Source: Camelus ferus (Eukaryota). Taken from it: 64,000 nucleotides of DNA. The notes under the pieces were generated by a model. It saw only the letters and a program-made list of their open reading frames with translations, was not told the origin of the DNA and searched no databases. Below are positions 1 through 11,405 of this stretch, in pieces. How positions within the stretch are numbered: the stretch's first letter is position 1; each line of letters opens with the position of its first letter. Location: assembly GCF_009834535.1 (NCBI RefSeq), contig NC_045697.1, positions 22,632,001 to 22,696,000 of the forward strand. Reading direction: 5' to 3'. The position numbers and the translations under genes are program-made.

Positions 1-326
1 AGAGCACTAATGAACTCACCTACAAAACAGAAACAGACTCACAGACATAGTAAACAATCTTATGGTTACTGAGGAAAGGGGTGAGAAGGATAAATTTGGG
101 AGTCTGAGATTTGCAAATGTTAGCCACTATGTATAAAACTAGATTAAAAAAACAAATTTCTTCTGAATAGCACAGGGAACTATATTCAATATCTTGTAAT
201 AATCTTTGATGAAATATAATATGAAAACGAATATATGTATGTATATGCACAACTGGGACACTGTGCTATATACCAGAAATTGACAATTGACACATTGTAA
301 CTGACTATACTTCAATTAAAAAAAAA
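1..326 (+). mobile_element. LINE-1 3'UTR and A-tail, cetartiodactyl/camelid type (truncated by window start)
   Basis: Motifs acagaaacagactcacagacatag, atagcacagggaactatattcaatatcttgtaat and cacattgtaactgactatacttcaat followed by an A run; homologous to the copies at 8982-9509 and 33048-33299. Confidence 0.9.
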
Positions 327-1339
327 CTTAGCTAGAAAATAAAATGTCATATAAAATATTTCATAAAGTACACCTTGTATCCACTGGCCTTTTTTTCAGT
401 ATATGATCAACTGGGAATACTAAAGAACATTATGTCTTTTCAAGTGAACCTGTACTAAATATTTTTTAATTATTTAAGATTCTAAATATTTGTATCTTTA
501 CTAGTATCTGAAACTGGATCAAAATTTTATGGTAAAAAATATAAAGTTAATTAAAAATACGTAAAAGTCATTACTAAACTGGAAATCTGAAAACTTGGAT
601 CCTGAACAAATGTATAATGCTAGATGTTTTGTGGTGGGAAAGTAATTACCCACCATAAATCTCTATTTCCTTTTCAAAAACTAAAGAGGGTTAATTCAAT
701 TATATGATTAATCCTCTTCTAGCTCTGAAGTTGTACATTTGATTTCACTAACACATTAACTCTTTCAGAGATAGTAAATCTTCCATTTTATTTTTCACTA
801 TGTATTTCTTGCATTTCCTTATAAGAAAGAGAACTGACCAAATTGCTGCTGGATATCAAACAACTTATTGTTAATATTGTGAATGTCTATGGGTTTGATT
901 TTTCCAGTTTTACGTATCTGAAAAATACAAGGATCCTTTATACTAAGAAAAAATTTTATTTTCCTTACTGAATACAATTTACATTTTTCTTTATGTAGAA
1001 AGTCTTGATTCTTCTTTTCAATAAATACATTTAAAAGTGCCAAAAACTTTCTCAAAGAGACAACTGATTTCACTGATGATCATAAAAAGGCCAGAGAAAG
1101 CTGATAATGGAAAAAGTGATTACCTGATAGAGCTCTTTTGTTGAATGTTGGTCTTAGGGAAAAATCCACGATGAAAATGTACTTGAAGAGATGACTACCA
1201 CTGCATTCCACAAGCAGAGCCAGTGTATCTAAAATTCAAGATTTCTCAAATATGTTCCTGTGTTTTCTTCTGGACTTTGAAACTGTCATTTGAAATATCC
1301 AGGTTTATACACATGACTTTCTTGACCACTGTACCAGTA

Positions 1340-1813
1340 TTGTTAGTTAACTTTGTGTTGTAACAGCCGAATCTAATAGGTGGCGGTTTAAAGCCACAAT
1401 CATTTATTTGGATCTATGGTGGGTGAATCTTCACTCTGGGCTGAATGTATCTATGTAAGTTTTTTACTGGTCTTGGTAAGGCTTACACAAAAACCTGCAG
1501 TTAGCTGTCAGAGTGGCTGGCAGTCAGTCTAGAGGAGTCTTGGATGGTTTGTTTCTGCTGTCTGTGATTGCTCAACCTCCTGTAGGTTAGCCCATATTTA
1601 TGCAAATGGTGACGAGGTTCACAATAACAGCAAGATTGCAAATGGCGAAGTTCCTTTGGGTCTAGGCTTACACTTCTTACATCAGTTCTTCTGAATTCTG
1701 TAGTTCAAAGGAAGTCACCAAGACAGTGCAGATCCAAGGGACACAGAAATAAACCCTATCATTGATTAAAGGAACTACAAAGAAGGGAGGTCATCTTTTC
1801 CCCACTTACTACA
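1340..1813 (-). mobile_element. Old MaLR solo LTR (MLT1H/J/K-like)
   Basis: Typical reverse MLT1 motifs (ggtttaaagccacaatcatttattt; aagtcaccaagacagtgcagatccaaggg); ends ...ctactaca. Confidence 0.65.
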
Positions 1814-2202
1814 CTGCTAATAAATTAATTTATCAGCACATTCACATCCATGGAACAAGTTTGAGGTTAAACGTTCAGGAACTTGAGAATATAGTCTGGT
1901 ATCTGGCTACTTAGTAAATCCCCAAGTTGTGGTCCTAAACAGTGAATGTAAATTATCATATTAAACTTTTTGCAGCTAAAATTTAGAAACTTCCCTGATG
2001 GCTACAGTAAATGCCTGAGAAATCTAGAAAAACCAATGTTAGACACATTCTACCCATAAATATTGAATAAACTCATGGTAATATTCAAGCTGTCTCATAC
2101 AACTAAATGTGTGGGAAAAATATGTCTACCTAAAGAAATTTTTGAATAGGGGCCATTTATTAGCATTAGGTGCAGGAATATAGTAATTCCATAGATAAAT
2201 GG

Positions 2203-2796
2203 ATAGGGACATGTGCCCCTGGAGGGGACTCAGACAAAAAGGGACATTGCACTGGTGGCCACCTGCCATGGGGAGTGCATGGATCGAGCCACAGACAGGG
2301 CATACTCAGGTCCTAACTAGAGAGGATGAGCCTCCTTGGTTGGATAGAAGACAGCTGGGACAGTCAGAAGGGTTGGAGAAACCTGGATTCCACTTGAGAG
2401 GAGCATACAAGCACTAGCTAACCCCCAGAACAGAGCAGAGAAAGATCTGCCAGAGCAATTGCCAGGTTTCCTATGACCACCTCACCATGTGTCCCAGGTA
2501 GAGCTAAGCAAATGCTTTCTGGCTTTGCTATACCCTGCCACAGCAGGGCATTAGACTGGAGGCAGCCATGATTGAGAAAAAGACTTGACCATGGGCTACA
2601 TCTGAGAAAAGCTTCAGACACCTAAACAGGCAGCACACTGCCTAGATACATGAGCCCCACTTGCTTCAGCATTTCCCTCCTCTGGGGCAAATGTCCCATT
2701 GCAGGGAGAGGCAAGATACACACTTAAAGGGAACAGAGCCAGTCTGAGCCCAACCCTCAGGGTTTCTACTCCAGCAACCTGGGATCAGATCCTGCC
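2203..2796 (+). mobile_element. Probable LINE-1 5'UTR fragment
   Basis: GC-richer block directly upstream of ORF2 sequence; ttaaagggaacagagccag...cccaaccctcagggtttctactccagcaac resembles laurasiatherian L1 5' regions as I recall them. Confidence 0.55.
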
Positions 2797-4238
2797 CCAA
2801 AGAAAACTCACAGTCAACAGAAGGAAGTAATAAAGATTGGATAAGAAATAAAATAGAGATTAAAAAATACATAAGAGCAATGAAACCAATAACAGTTTTT
2901 TTTGAAAACAAACAAACTTGATAAACATTTAGCCAGGCTCACCAAAAAGAAAAGAGGACCAAGATAAAATAAGAAATTAAACAGGAGGAGTAACAACCAA
3001 TACCAGAGATACAAAATGTCATAAGAGAGTACTATGAACAGGTAAATGCCAACAAATTGGGCAACACAGAAAAATTGGACACATTTTTAGAAACATCCAA
3101 CCTGCTAGACTGAGTCAAGAAGAAATAGACAATTGGAACAGATCACTAGTAACGAAACTGAATTTTAATTAAAAACCTCCCAGCAAACAAAAGTCCAGGA
3201 CCTGATGGCTTCACAAGGGAACTCTATTCAACATGTAAAGAACTCAGATCTGTCCTTCTCAAACTATTCCAAATAACTGAACAGGATACAACACTCCCAA
3301 ATTCATTCTACAAGGCCACCATCAGCCTGATACAAAAGCCAGACAGACACTACAAAAAAAGATACTTACAGGCCAGCATTTCTGATAAATATAGATACAA
3401 AAATTCTCAACAAAATATTGCCAAACCAAATCCAGTACATAAAAAGGATTACACACCGTGATCAGGTTGGATTTATTCCAAGGTTACAAGGATAGTTCAA
3501 CATTAACAAAATCAACGTGCTATACCACCTTAACAAAAGGGTAGATAAAAATCACATGATTATCTCAACAGATGCAGAGAAAGCATTTGACAAACTTCAA
3601 CTTCCATTCATGATAGAACTCTCAAAGTGAGTATAGAGGGAACATCTTCACATAACAAAGGCCGTTTATGACAAACCCCAAATCATCATACTTAATGGTG
3701 AAAAGCTGAGAGCCTTTCCTCTAAATACAGCAACGAGGCAAAGATACCTACTCTTGCCACTTCTATTTAACATAGCTTTGAAAGTCCTAGCCATGGCAAG
3801 CCAAGAAAAATTAAAAGGATCCAAATTGGAAAGGAATAGTTAAAACTGTCGTTATTTGCAGATGACATGATACTTTATATAGAAAACTCTAAAGCCTCCA
3901 CACAAAACTATTAGAATAAATGAATTCAGCAAAATTATAGTATACAAGATTTATAAACAGAAATCTGTTGTTTCCACACATAAATAATGAACTATCAGAA
4001 AAAGAAAGTAAAAAAAAATCTCTTTTAAAGTCATATCAAAAAGAATAAAATACTTGAGAATAAACTTAACTAAGGAGGTGAAAAACCTATACTCTGAAAA
4101 CTATAAAAGGTTGATGAAAGAAATTGAAGATGATACAAAGAAATGGAAGGCTATCTCATGCTCTTGGATTAGAAGAATGTTAAAATGACCGTACTACCCA
4201 AAGCAATCTACAGACTAAGTGCAATCCCTATTAAAATA
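2797..4238 (+). mobile_element. Degraded LINE-1 ORF2 (linker and reverse transcriptase region)
   Basis: Translates, with frameshifts and stops, to ORF2 motifs: KSPGPDGFT (~3190), DAEKAFDK (~3570), LFADDMILYIEN (3852-3887), LPKAIYR near the end. Confidence 0.95.
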
Positions 4239-4280
4239 CTTTTTTGTACTGGGAAACTTTGCTAAAATCCAGTAAAACAT

Positions 4281-4370
4281 AAAACTTCTTGAAGGCAGGG
4301 GCTTATTTCTGTTATGCTTATTGCTGCATCAACAGAGCCCGAACAATGTCTGACACAGTAGGTGCTCACT
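4281..4370 (+). mobile_element. L2 3' end
   Basis: cttgaaggcaggggc...gaacaatgtctgacacagtaggtgctca matches the L2 terminal motif. Confidence 0.75.
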
Positions 4371-5725
4371 ACCTTTTAAAGAGGAAGAAAAGATACTTCA
4401 ATACTCTTTTGAAAGTTGGAGTGGATGAAAGTCAAACCATCCTGATACATAAACATGTCAGAATATGTTAATGTATGTTTAGGTATGTACAGAATATCAT
4501 TTAGACTTGGCCTTGAATATGGAGTTATTGAAATAAATTTTCAGAAAGAGAACATACAAATTCAAACAATGTTGTTGAGCATGGAGAATCATCTCATGGG
4601 CAACTTCAAATGTTTAATGCTATTTTGTAAGAGGCTATTAGATATTGAAGGATGGGTATTGTTAATTGCATTCTATAGGGGCTGGGAAAAAAATCACATG
4701 TAATATGAGTTACCTAGACTAAGTCGCTATTCCTTGTTAGAGACCAGAGAGAAAAAACAACAATTTTTGCTCATATCACTCACTCCTAAAATAAGGATGT
4801 GCCAGACCCTCATATTTCTTTCCATATATTGGGGTTGCAGTTAAATTACAGCTGAAAAAGTTGAAATTCGGTGCTATATTTGTGAATGAATGGCTGTATA
4901 AACTAAATACTATCCTATTGTTCTGTAAGTTAACAGGTTGAGTAGAATTTTATCAGTCCAACATGCTGATGTTTTCTTTTTTCTTAGAATCCTCTATATT
5001 TAAATATTAAATTTACATATACAGTTCCCTCTTTTTGTATTCATTATACTAACTACCCTTGCTAGTTGGGTGAAGATAACTAATTCTTTTTTAACTCTGA
5101 AAAATTATAGGCCTTACCTTGTACTTTGCTTAGTTTAGCCTCAGGAAGTCCTTTCCATACTTAGCATAACAATTAGAAAGCTGGACCTTATTTGGTTTAA
5201 TGTACAACAAAGTGTGACACTATGAAAGTCAGAAAGGTTATTCCCTTGTGTTGTTTCGTCTCCTTAGGCTTAGAAGTTCCCATAATAATAGACTTCCAGG
5301 TTTCAAGAGAGAGAAGAAAGCCAATTAAGCTAGAGTTATAATATCTCAAATGAACTAAGGAATTATAATTAGATTAGGCTGATATACATTAAACATCTTA
5401 GGTTACAGATAAATGGAAAACATGAGAAGTGTCAAATAATTACCTATAACAAATAAAACTTGACCAACAGCAAGTATAAAGGGTGAAACTATCAAACTCT
5501 TTATGTTATCTTTTACTTTTTTCTGTACATGTTTTTACTTCATTTTCTACCTTCTAATGACAATATATCTTTGAATAAGTTATACAAAGTAAAACATTTA
5601 AAACAATGTTTAATACATATAATAGCCATAGCTTTGCAACCTCCTTTTCAAGAACTAAAATAATTTATTGAAATATTAATGTCACTTCCTCCCTTGAATT
5701 GATCATCTTTTCATTTTCCTCTATG

Positions 5726-5950
5726 TGAAGCAACAGCCAACTTTTTCTATAAAGGGCCAAATAAAGAATAAATAATTGAGACTCTGTGGACCGTACAGTC
5801 TCTGTCAAACTATTCAACTCTTCCATTGTTGTACAAAAGCAATCACAGACAGTATCAAAACAAATGGTCATGGCTGTGCTCCAATAAAACTTTCTTATTT
5901 TCAAAATAGGTGGCAGGCTGGATTAGACTGTAGGAATTTGCTGACACCTA
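5726..5950 (-). mobile_element. MER58A (hAT-Charlie MITE)
   Basis: aactttttctataaagggccaaata...catggctgtgctccaataaaacttt is the reverse complement of the MER58A core; reverse-homologous to 31517-31727. Confidence 0.85.
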
Positions 5951-6099
5951 CCCCCACGCCATTCTAAACATATGTCAAAACTATTTCTTCAAAAGTTTCT
6001 AATTTATGAATGGAAAACTGAACCCTCATTTCTGCCACTATCTTGGCAATTTCTTTGATAGAGAACTGAAATATTCTGGTGTGAAATAAAAGTGTATTG

Positions 6100-7615
6100 A
6101 CAATAGAAGCACCTTAAATATATAAAACAAATATTAGCAAACCTGAAGAAAAAAACAGTGATGCAATAATAAGGGATTTCAGTACCCTACTTTCAATAAT
6201 AAATAGATCATGCAGATATAAAAATATGAAAGCATTGAACTTAAACTACATATCAGACCAGATTAACTTACCAGATATTTATACAACATTCCATACAACA
6301 GCAGAAGAATACATATACTTCTGAAGTGCCCATGGAGCATTCTACTGTACAGATCATACAGTAGGTCCCAAAACAAGTCTTAAAAAATTTAAGAAGATTG
6401 AAGTCATATCATGGTTTTGATTTAATGAAATCATATCATCAAATCATATAATCTTTTCTGACCACAACTGTCTGAAACTGGAACTCAATTATAAAAAGAA
6501 AACTGTAAAATCCACAAATACATAGAGATTATACAACATGCTACCAAACAACTGATGGGTCAGAAAGGAATCAAAGAAAAAATGTGAAAGATATTTAGAG
6601 GTGAATAAAAATGGAAACAACATAACAAAAATTACAGTTTGGCTGGATTTGAGAAGGAACAAAATAGACAAATCTTTCACTAGATTCAAAAAGAAAAAAA
6701 AAAAGGAAAAGAGGACTCAGAAAGTGAAAAAGCAGACATTAAAGCAGATACCACAGAAATGCAAAGGATCATGAGACTACTATGAATAATTATATGCCAA
6801 CAAATTGGACAACCCAGGAGACATGGATAAAGGCTGAAAATATACAAGCTATTTAGATTAAATCATGAAGAAATAAAATTTCTGAACAGATCCATTACTA
6901 GTAAGAAGATTGAATCAGTGATCAAAAACTTCCAACACACAACAGCAGGACCATATGGCATCACTGGTGAATTATACTAAGCATTCAAAGAATCAGTATC
7001 AATCTTTCTCAAACACTTCCAAAATAGAAGAGAAGGGAACATGTTTGAACTTTTTATAAGGCTAGCATGACCCTGGAAGACTAAAATAAAATGAAAATGA
7101 CATCATGTATCTGAAGAACATAGATGCAAAATTCAACAAAATATTGGCAAATGTTACAAATGAATATTTGGAATATTTGAATTAGTGAATTCAAAAATAC
7201 ATTAAATGAATCATACACATGACCAGTGGAATTTATTCCAAGGATGCAAGGATGGTTCAATATACGCAACATCAATATGATATACCACAATAACAAAATG
7301 AAGAAAATAATGAAAGATACAGTTCTCAAAAACTGGATAGAGAGGAACCCTAACTCAGTATACTGAAGTTTTTATATGACAATCTCATGGCTAAATCACA
7401 CTCAACAGTAAAAAACTGAAAAATCAGGAACGAGAAAAGGATGCCCAATCTCACCACTTTTATTCAACATAGCACTGGAAATTCTAGCCAGAGAAATTAG
7501 GCAAGAAAGAGAAATAAGAAGCATCCAATTAAAAAATAAAGCACATTGTCTCTATTTACAGATGACATATTATATATAGAAAACACTAAAAACTCCACCA
7601 AAAAAAAATGTTAAG
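6100..7615 (+). mobile_element. Degraded LINE-1 ORF2 (endonuclease C-terminus to RT) with internal deletions
   Basis: GDFxTPLS-like motif (~6175), SDHN (~6457), YANKLDN (~6793), LFTDD (7552-7566); many indels. Confidence 0.92.
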
Positions 7616-8981
7616 AGAAAGATTACTTTCTAAGTAAAACATAAGTTAATCTGGCACATGTTGGTAAACCCAAGCTGCCAATTCACTGATGTGTCTGGGA
7701 ATAAATACTGAATGCACAAATGCCAACATGCATTAGTATATAGTCAACTTACTCACAAATTCCTTTGAAAAGGTATGAAATTCTGATTATCCAACTCATC
7801 TCTATGCCACTTAAAGTGAAGGTTAAATCTTTTAAACATTAAATTTTTAAGCTAAGACTAAAATCATTCTCCAGTAAGAGGTAAAATGTTCTCAGTATGT
7901 CAAGCAAATTGACTAGGAATGAAACATAATTGTGGCTTTCTAATATTTTGGTTACTATTTCCCACTAATTTCGTACCCACTTAAGTGACTAGGAACCAAT
8001 GCTTACATCCACAGAATTTTCTGATGTAAACAGATCTGTTTTCAAGGAAAATATCTTGTTTTTATTAAATGAGTAGAAATGTAAAAATGTTAATAAAACT
8101 TGCTCTCTTAAATATACCAAAATAGGAATAAAAATGTCAGAATAAAGATTTATATCACAGTGGATTTGATTTTGGCATTGAGCTGTGCATGTATGAACAT
8201 TTAAAAATTTTAAAAGTTCTCAATGCCTTGATTTACAGATTGGGGGTTGACAAAGAAACTGTGTCAAATGTGAAAATATACATTAAAGACCTTAAGATCC
8301 TCTACCATCTGATTGTGACTCCATTTTGTCAAACTTTAATAAATAATTGCCTATACTTATTTCAACAAAAGATGAAAAAGTTACCTCTAAGTATCACTTG
8401 AGAATGAATGGAAATGTTTTCTAGGAAAAATAAGATGATTTACATAGCATAATGTCTAGATTATGAATTTAAGTGAAAATATATTTCCATTACAGCCTTA
8501 TGTTTTTTATTAAAAGAGACCATTCATCTGATACAATTCTCCCAAGTGTAGGGCCCTAGCTCTGCTTTTAATTTTAACAGATCAGAATATTAATGAATTT
8601 TAGCTTATATTAGAACCATATTTTTCGAAAATGACTTTAAGTGGGGCAGCTATTTGAACTCAAGCAGTTGTAAATTTTTCTGGGAATCAAGAGTTCTAAT
8701 ATAGTCAACAGAAAAAAATCTAATCAGAAAAATAATCAACATAGTGCAAATAAGCATAGAATATTTACCTCTGCATAACTAGAAATTACTATTCTCACAG
8801 AATATTTGAAAAAAACTCTGCCACAGTTTGTAAAAAATTGAAAAGAGATAGTGCTTGTCTGAGGAGGATCAGAGACCATTTCCTCACCAATTGTTTCCCA
8901 CCTAATCTCTCACTGTATGGAGTGGGCTTTTGATGATTTGAATACAAGTTGGTCAGGGTAGTCTTTATAAATTAAAGTTTT

Positions 8982-9135
8982 AATACAGTGGAATACTATT
9001 CAGCCATTAAAAATGACAACATAACACAATTTGCAGCAACATGGCTGTCCCTGGAGAATGTCATTCTAAGTGAAGTAAGCCAGAAAGAGAAAGAAAAATA
9101 CCATATGAGATTGCTCATATGTGGAATCTAAAAAA

Positions 9136-9194
<59 letters not shown>

Positions 9195-9509
9195 ATACGA
9201 AACAGAAACCGACTCATAGACATAGAACACAAACTTGTGGTTGCCAAGGGGGAGGGTGGTGGGACAGACTGGGAGTTCGAAATTTATAGATACTGACAGG
9301 CATATGTAGAATAGATAAATAAGATTATACTGTATAGCACAAGGAAATATATACAAGATCTTGTGGTAGCTCACAGCAAAAAAGAATGCAACAATGAATA
9401 TATATATGTTCACGTACAACTGAAAAATTGTGCTCTACACTGGAAATTGACACAACATTGTAAACTGACTATAACTCAATAAAAAAAAGTTTAAAAAAAA
9501 AGAAAAAAA
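8982..9509 (+). mobile_element. 5'-truncated young LINE-1 (ORF2 end, 3'UTR and A-tail), camelid type
   Basis: tggaatactattcagccattaaaaa, attctaagtgaagtaagccagaaagagaaag, aaacttgtggttgccaaggggg, and ...taactcaataaaaaaaa tail. Confidence 0.93.
9133..9196 (+). repeat. (AAAT)16 perfect microsatellite inside an L1 3'UTR
   Basis: 64 bp of uninterrupted AAAT, counted directly. Confidence 0.97.
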
Positions 9510-10121
9510 TTAATTTTGAAAATCAAAATTTATATTGACTTTAGTTTAATCAAGCACCAAAGGAACTGAGACACTGAATATGACATTCAATACAGTTGAA
9601 AAGTTAGCTGAACTGGCACACGACATTTCTGATACCAGATAAACACAATACTGAATTATTCTGAGGTTCATGAGATTCTCTCCATACAATGTCTTCATAT
9701 GTTTTTGGCTAGATGAAATTGGAAAGATATTTTTTCTCAAGAAGATGTAATACAAGTAGCCAATATATGATTTTTCTTTTGAAATCAAAATTGTTTGGTT
9801 TGTGGCTATAGAACTATCATTACATTTGCTACAGTGAGCCTTACTGAAGCAAAAATTACAGAATTCCCAATTAGTCAAGGAAGGTATTCAAACCTGACGG
9901 TTGATTACAATGCAAATGTTACTGGGATTGAACATGTTAACAAGGAAAATACATTATATCAAGTCACTGAGAAATGGAAATGTATCATGAGTTTAATAAT
10001 TCTTCTCTAGGGAGTTCTTACCGTGGGCTAAGTACTATGCTGAGTACTTTACATGACACTAGCTAACATACTAAATATTCAGCCTTTGTCAGATGTTGTG
10101 CTATGTACTTTTCCTTCATAA

Positions 10122-10692
10122 AAGCAGCAGAAAAAAATTCTAAGACTGTCAAGATTCTCTATCTTGTTCTACATAATCATTTCACTTGAGTTTGGGTGGG
10201 ATGTGTGAATATGATGATATCCCTATCATGATTAAGTTACCTTATTAGGAAAAGATGAATTTTGCAGCTATAATCGAAGATCAAAATCTTTCATTTTGAA
10301 GTTGAAAGGGAAATTTTTCCTGAATTGGCCTACTTAATCAGGTAAAAACTCTTAACAGATGGGATAGACCAGTTCTGAAGAGAGAAGTTTTCTTGCTGGC
10401 CTTGAAGAAGGAAGCTGCTATATTATGAAAGGGCCTGAGTGAGTATTCCCCAGCTAAGAGCTAGAAAGAAAACAGATGTCAGTCCTATAACCACAGGAAG
10501 ATGAATTTTGCCAACACTACATGAGCCTGGAAAAGGACCACAACTCCAGAAATAGGCTGGCTGATACCTACATTGCTGCCTTATGAGACCCTGAGTGAAG
10601 AGCCCATGTAACCATGTCCAAGCTCCTGACCCACTGACGCTATGAGATAACGAATGGGTTTTGTTTTAAGCCACTAAGTATGTGCTGGTACA
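10122..10692 (+). mobile_element. MaLR solo LTR, MLT1E-like
   Basis: ttgctggccttgaagaaggaagctgc, cagtcctataaccacaggaagatgaattttgccaaca, tgttttaagccactaagt. Confidence 0.8.
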
Positions 10693-10739
10693 TGATCAAC
10701 TGGGAATGAGTGTATCATCTTGCTTACTCTTTACAAAGG

Positions 10740-11054
10740 TGTCTTAGTTTGTTCTGGCTGTTGTAACAGAACCCCATATCCTGGGTGGTTTTCCAACAAC
10801 AGAATTTTTTTTCTCCTCACAGTTCCTAAGGCTAGAAGTCCAAGATCAAAGCATTAGCAAATTCAGCGTCTGGCGAGGACCTGCTTGCTGGTCTACCCCC
10901 TGTGTCCTTACATGGTGACATGGGCAAGAGGGCTCTTTGGAGTTTCTTTCATAGGAACTCTAGTCGCCTCCTAAAGGCTCCATCTTCCAAGATCATCACA
11001 TTGGGGGAATAGGTTTCAACACAGGAATTTGAGAGATGCATTCAGTCTATAGTA
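10740..11054 (-). mobile_element. MaLR solo LTR, MLT1A-like
   Basis: Starts tgtcttagtt, ends cattcagtctatagta; flanks aaagg/gaagg form a 4/5 TSD. Confidence 0.85.
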
Positions 11055-11084
11055 GAAGGATTGTACAAATCAAATCAGGAAATA

Positions 11085-11225
11085 TTAGCATTCATATGAT
11101 ATATATGGGGCTCAAAGAGGTTAAATAACTTGCTCCAAGAATATAGTTTATTACGGATGGAGACAGAATCAGAGTTCAAAGTTGGACTCTGATTCTAGCT
11201 CCCCATGTTCTTAACAATTCACACT
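11085..11225 (-). mobile_element. MIR fragment
   Basis: ggctcaaagaggttaaataacttgctccaag core. Confidence 0.65.
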
Positions 11226-11235
11226 GTAAATTCTG

Positions 11236-11405
11236 TTCATTTCAATCCTCTCAACAATCCTATGAAATTAGTATTAATATCCTCATTGTGCGAAAAGAGG
11301 ATACTGCCCCAGGGATATTAAATAACTGCCAAGCCACATTAATACATGATGGAAATGAAACTTAACCACAGGACTAACTGACCACACACTTTATCCTTTA
11401 TCCTA
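11236..11405 (-). mobile_element. MIR fragment
   Basis: aatcctctcaacaatcctatgaaattagtattaatatcctcatt core. Confidence 0.7.

Noticed and set aside
1124..1228. Minus-strand exon-like segment (105 nt)
   Set aside because: Weak polypyrimidine tract, unrecognised peptide and no supporting neighbours.
2797..7615. Reverse transcriptase motifs as a possible functional or novel RT system
   Set aside because: Both are standard LINE-1 ORF2 relics full of stops, frameshifts and deletions.
9066..9419. 117-aa ORF with YLFI repeats
   Set aside because: Antisense reading of the L1 3'UTR and the (AAAT)n array.
399..10707. Near-identical 20-mer gta(t/c)atgatcaactgggaat at 399-418 and 10688-10707
   Set aside because: One such match is plausible by chance in 64 kb of AT-rich DNA, and the flanks do not extend.
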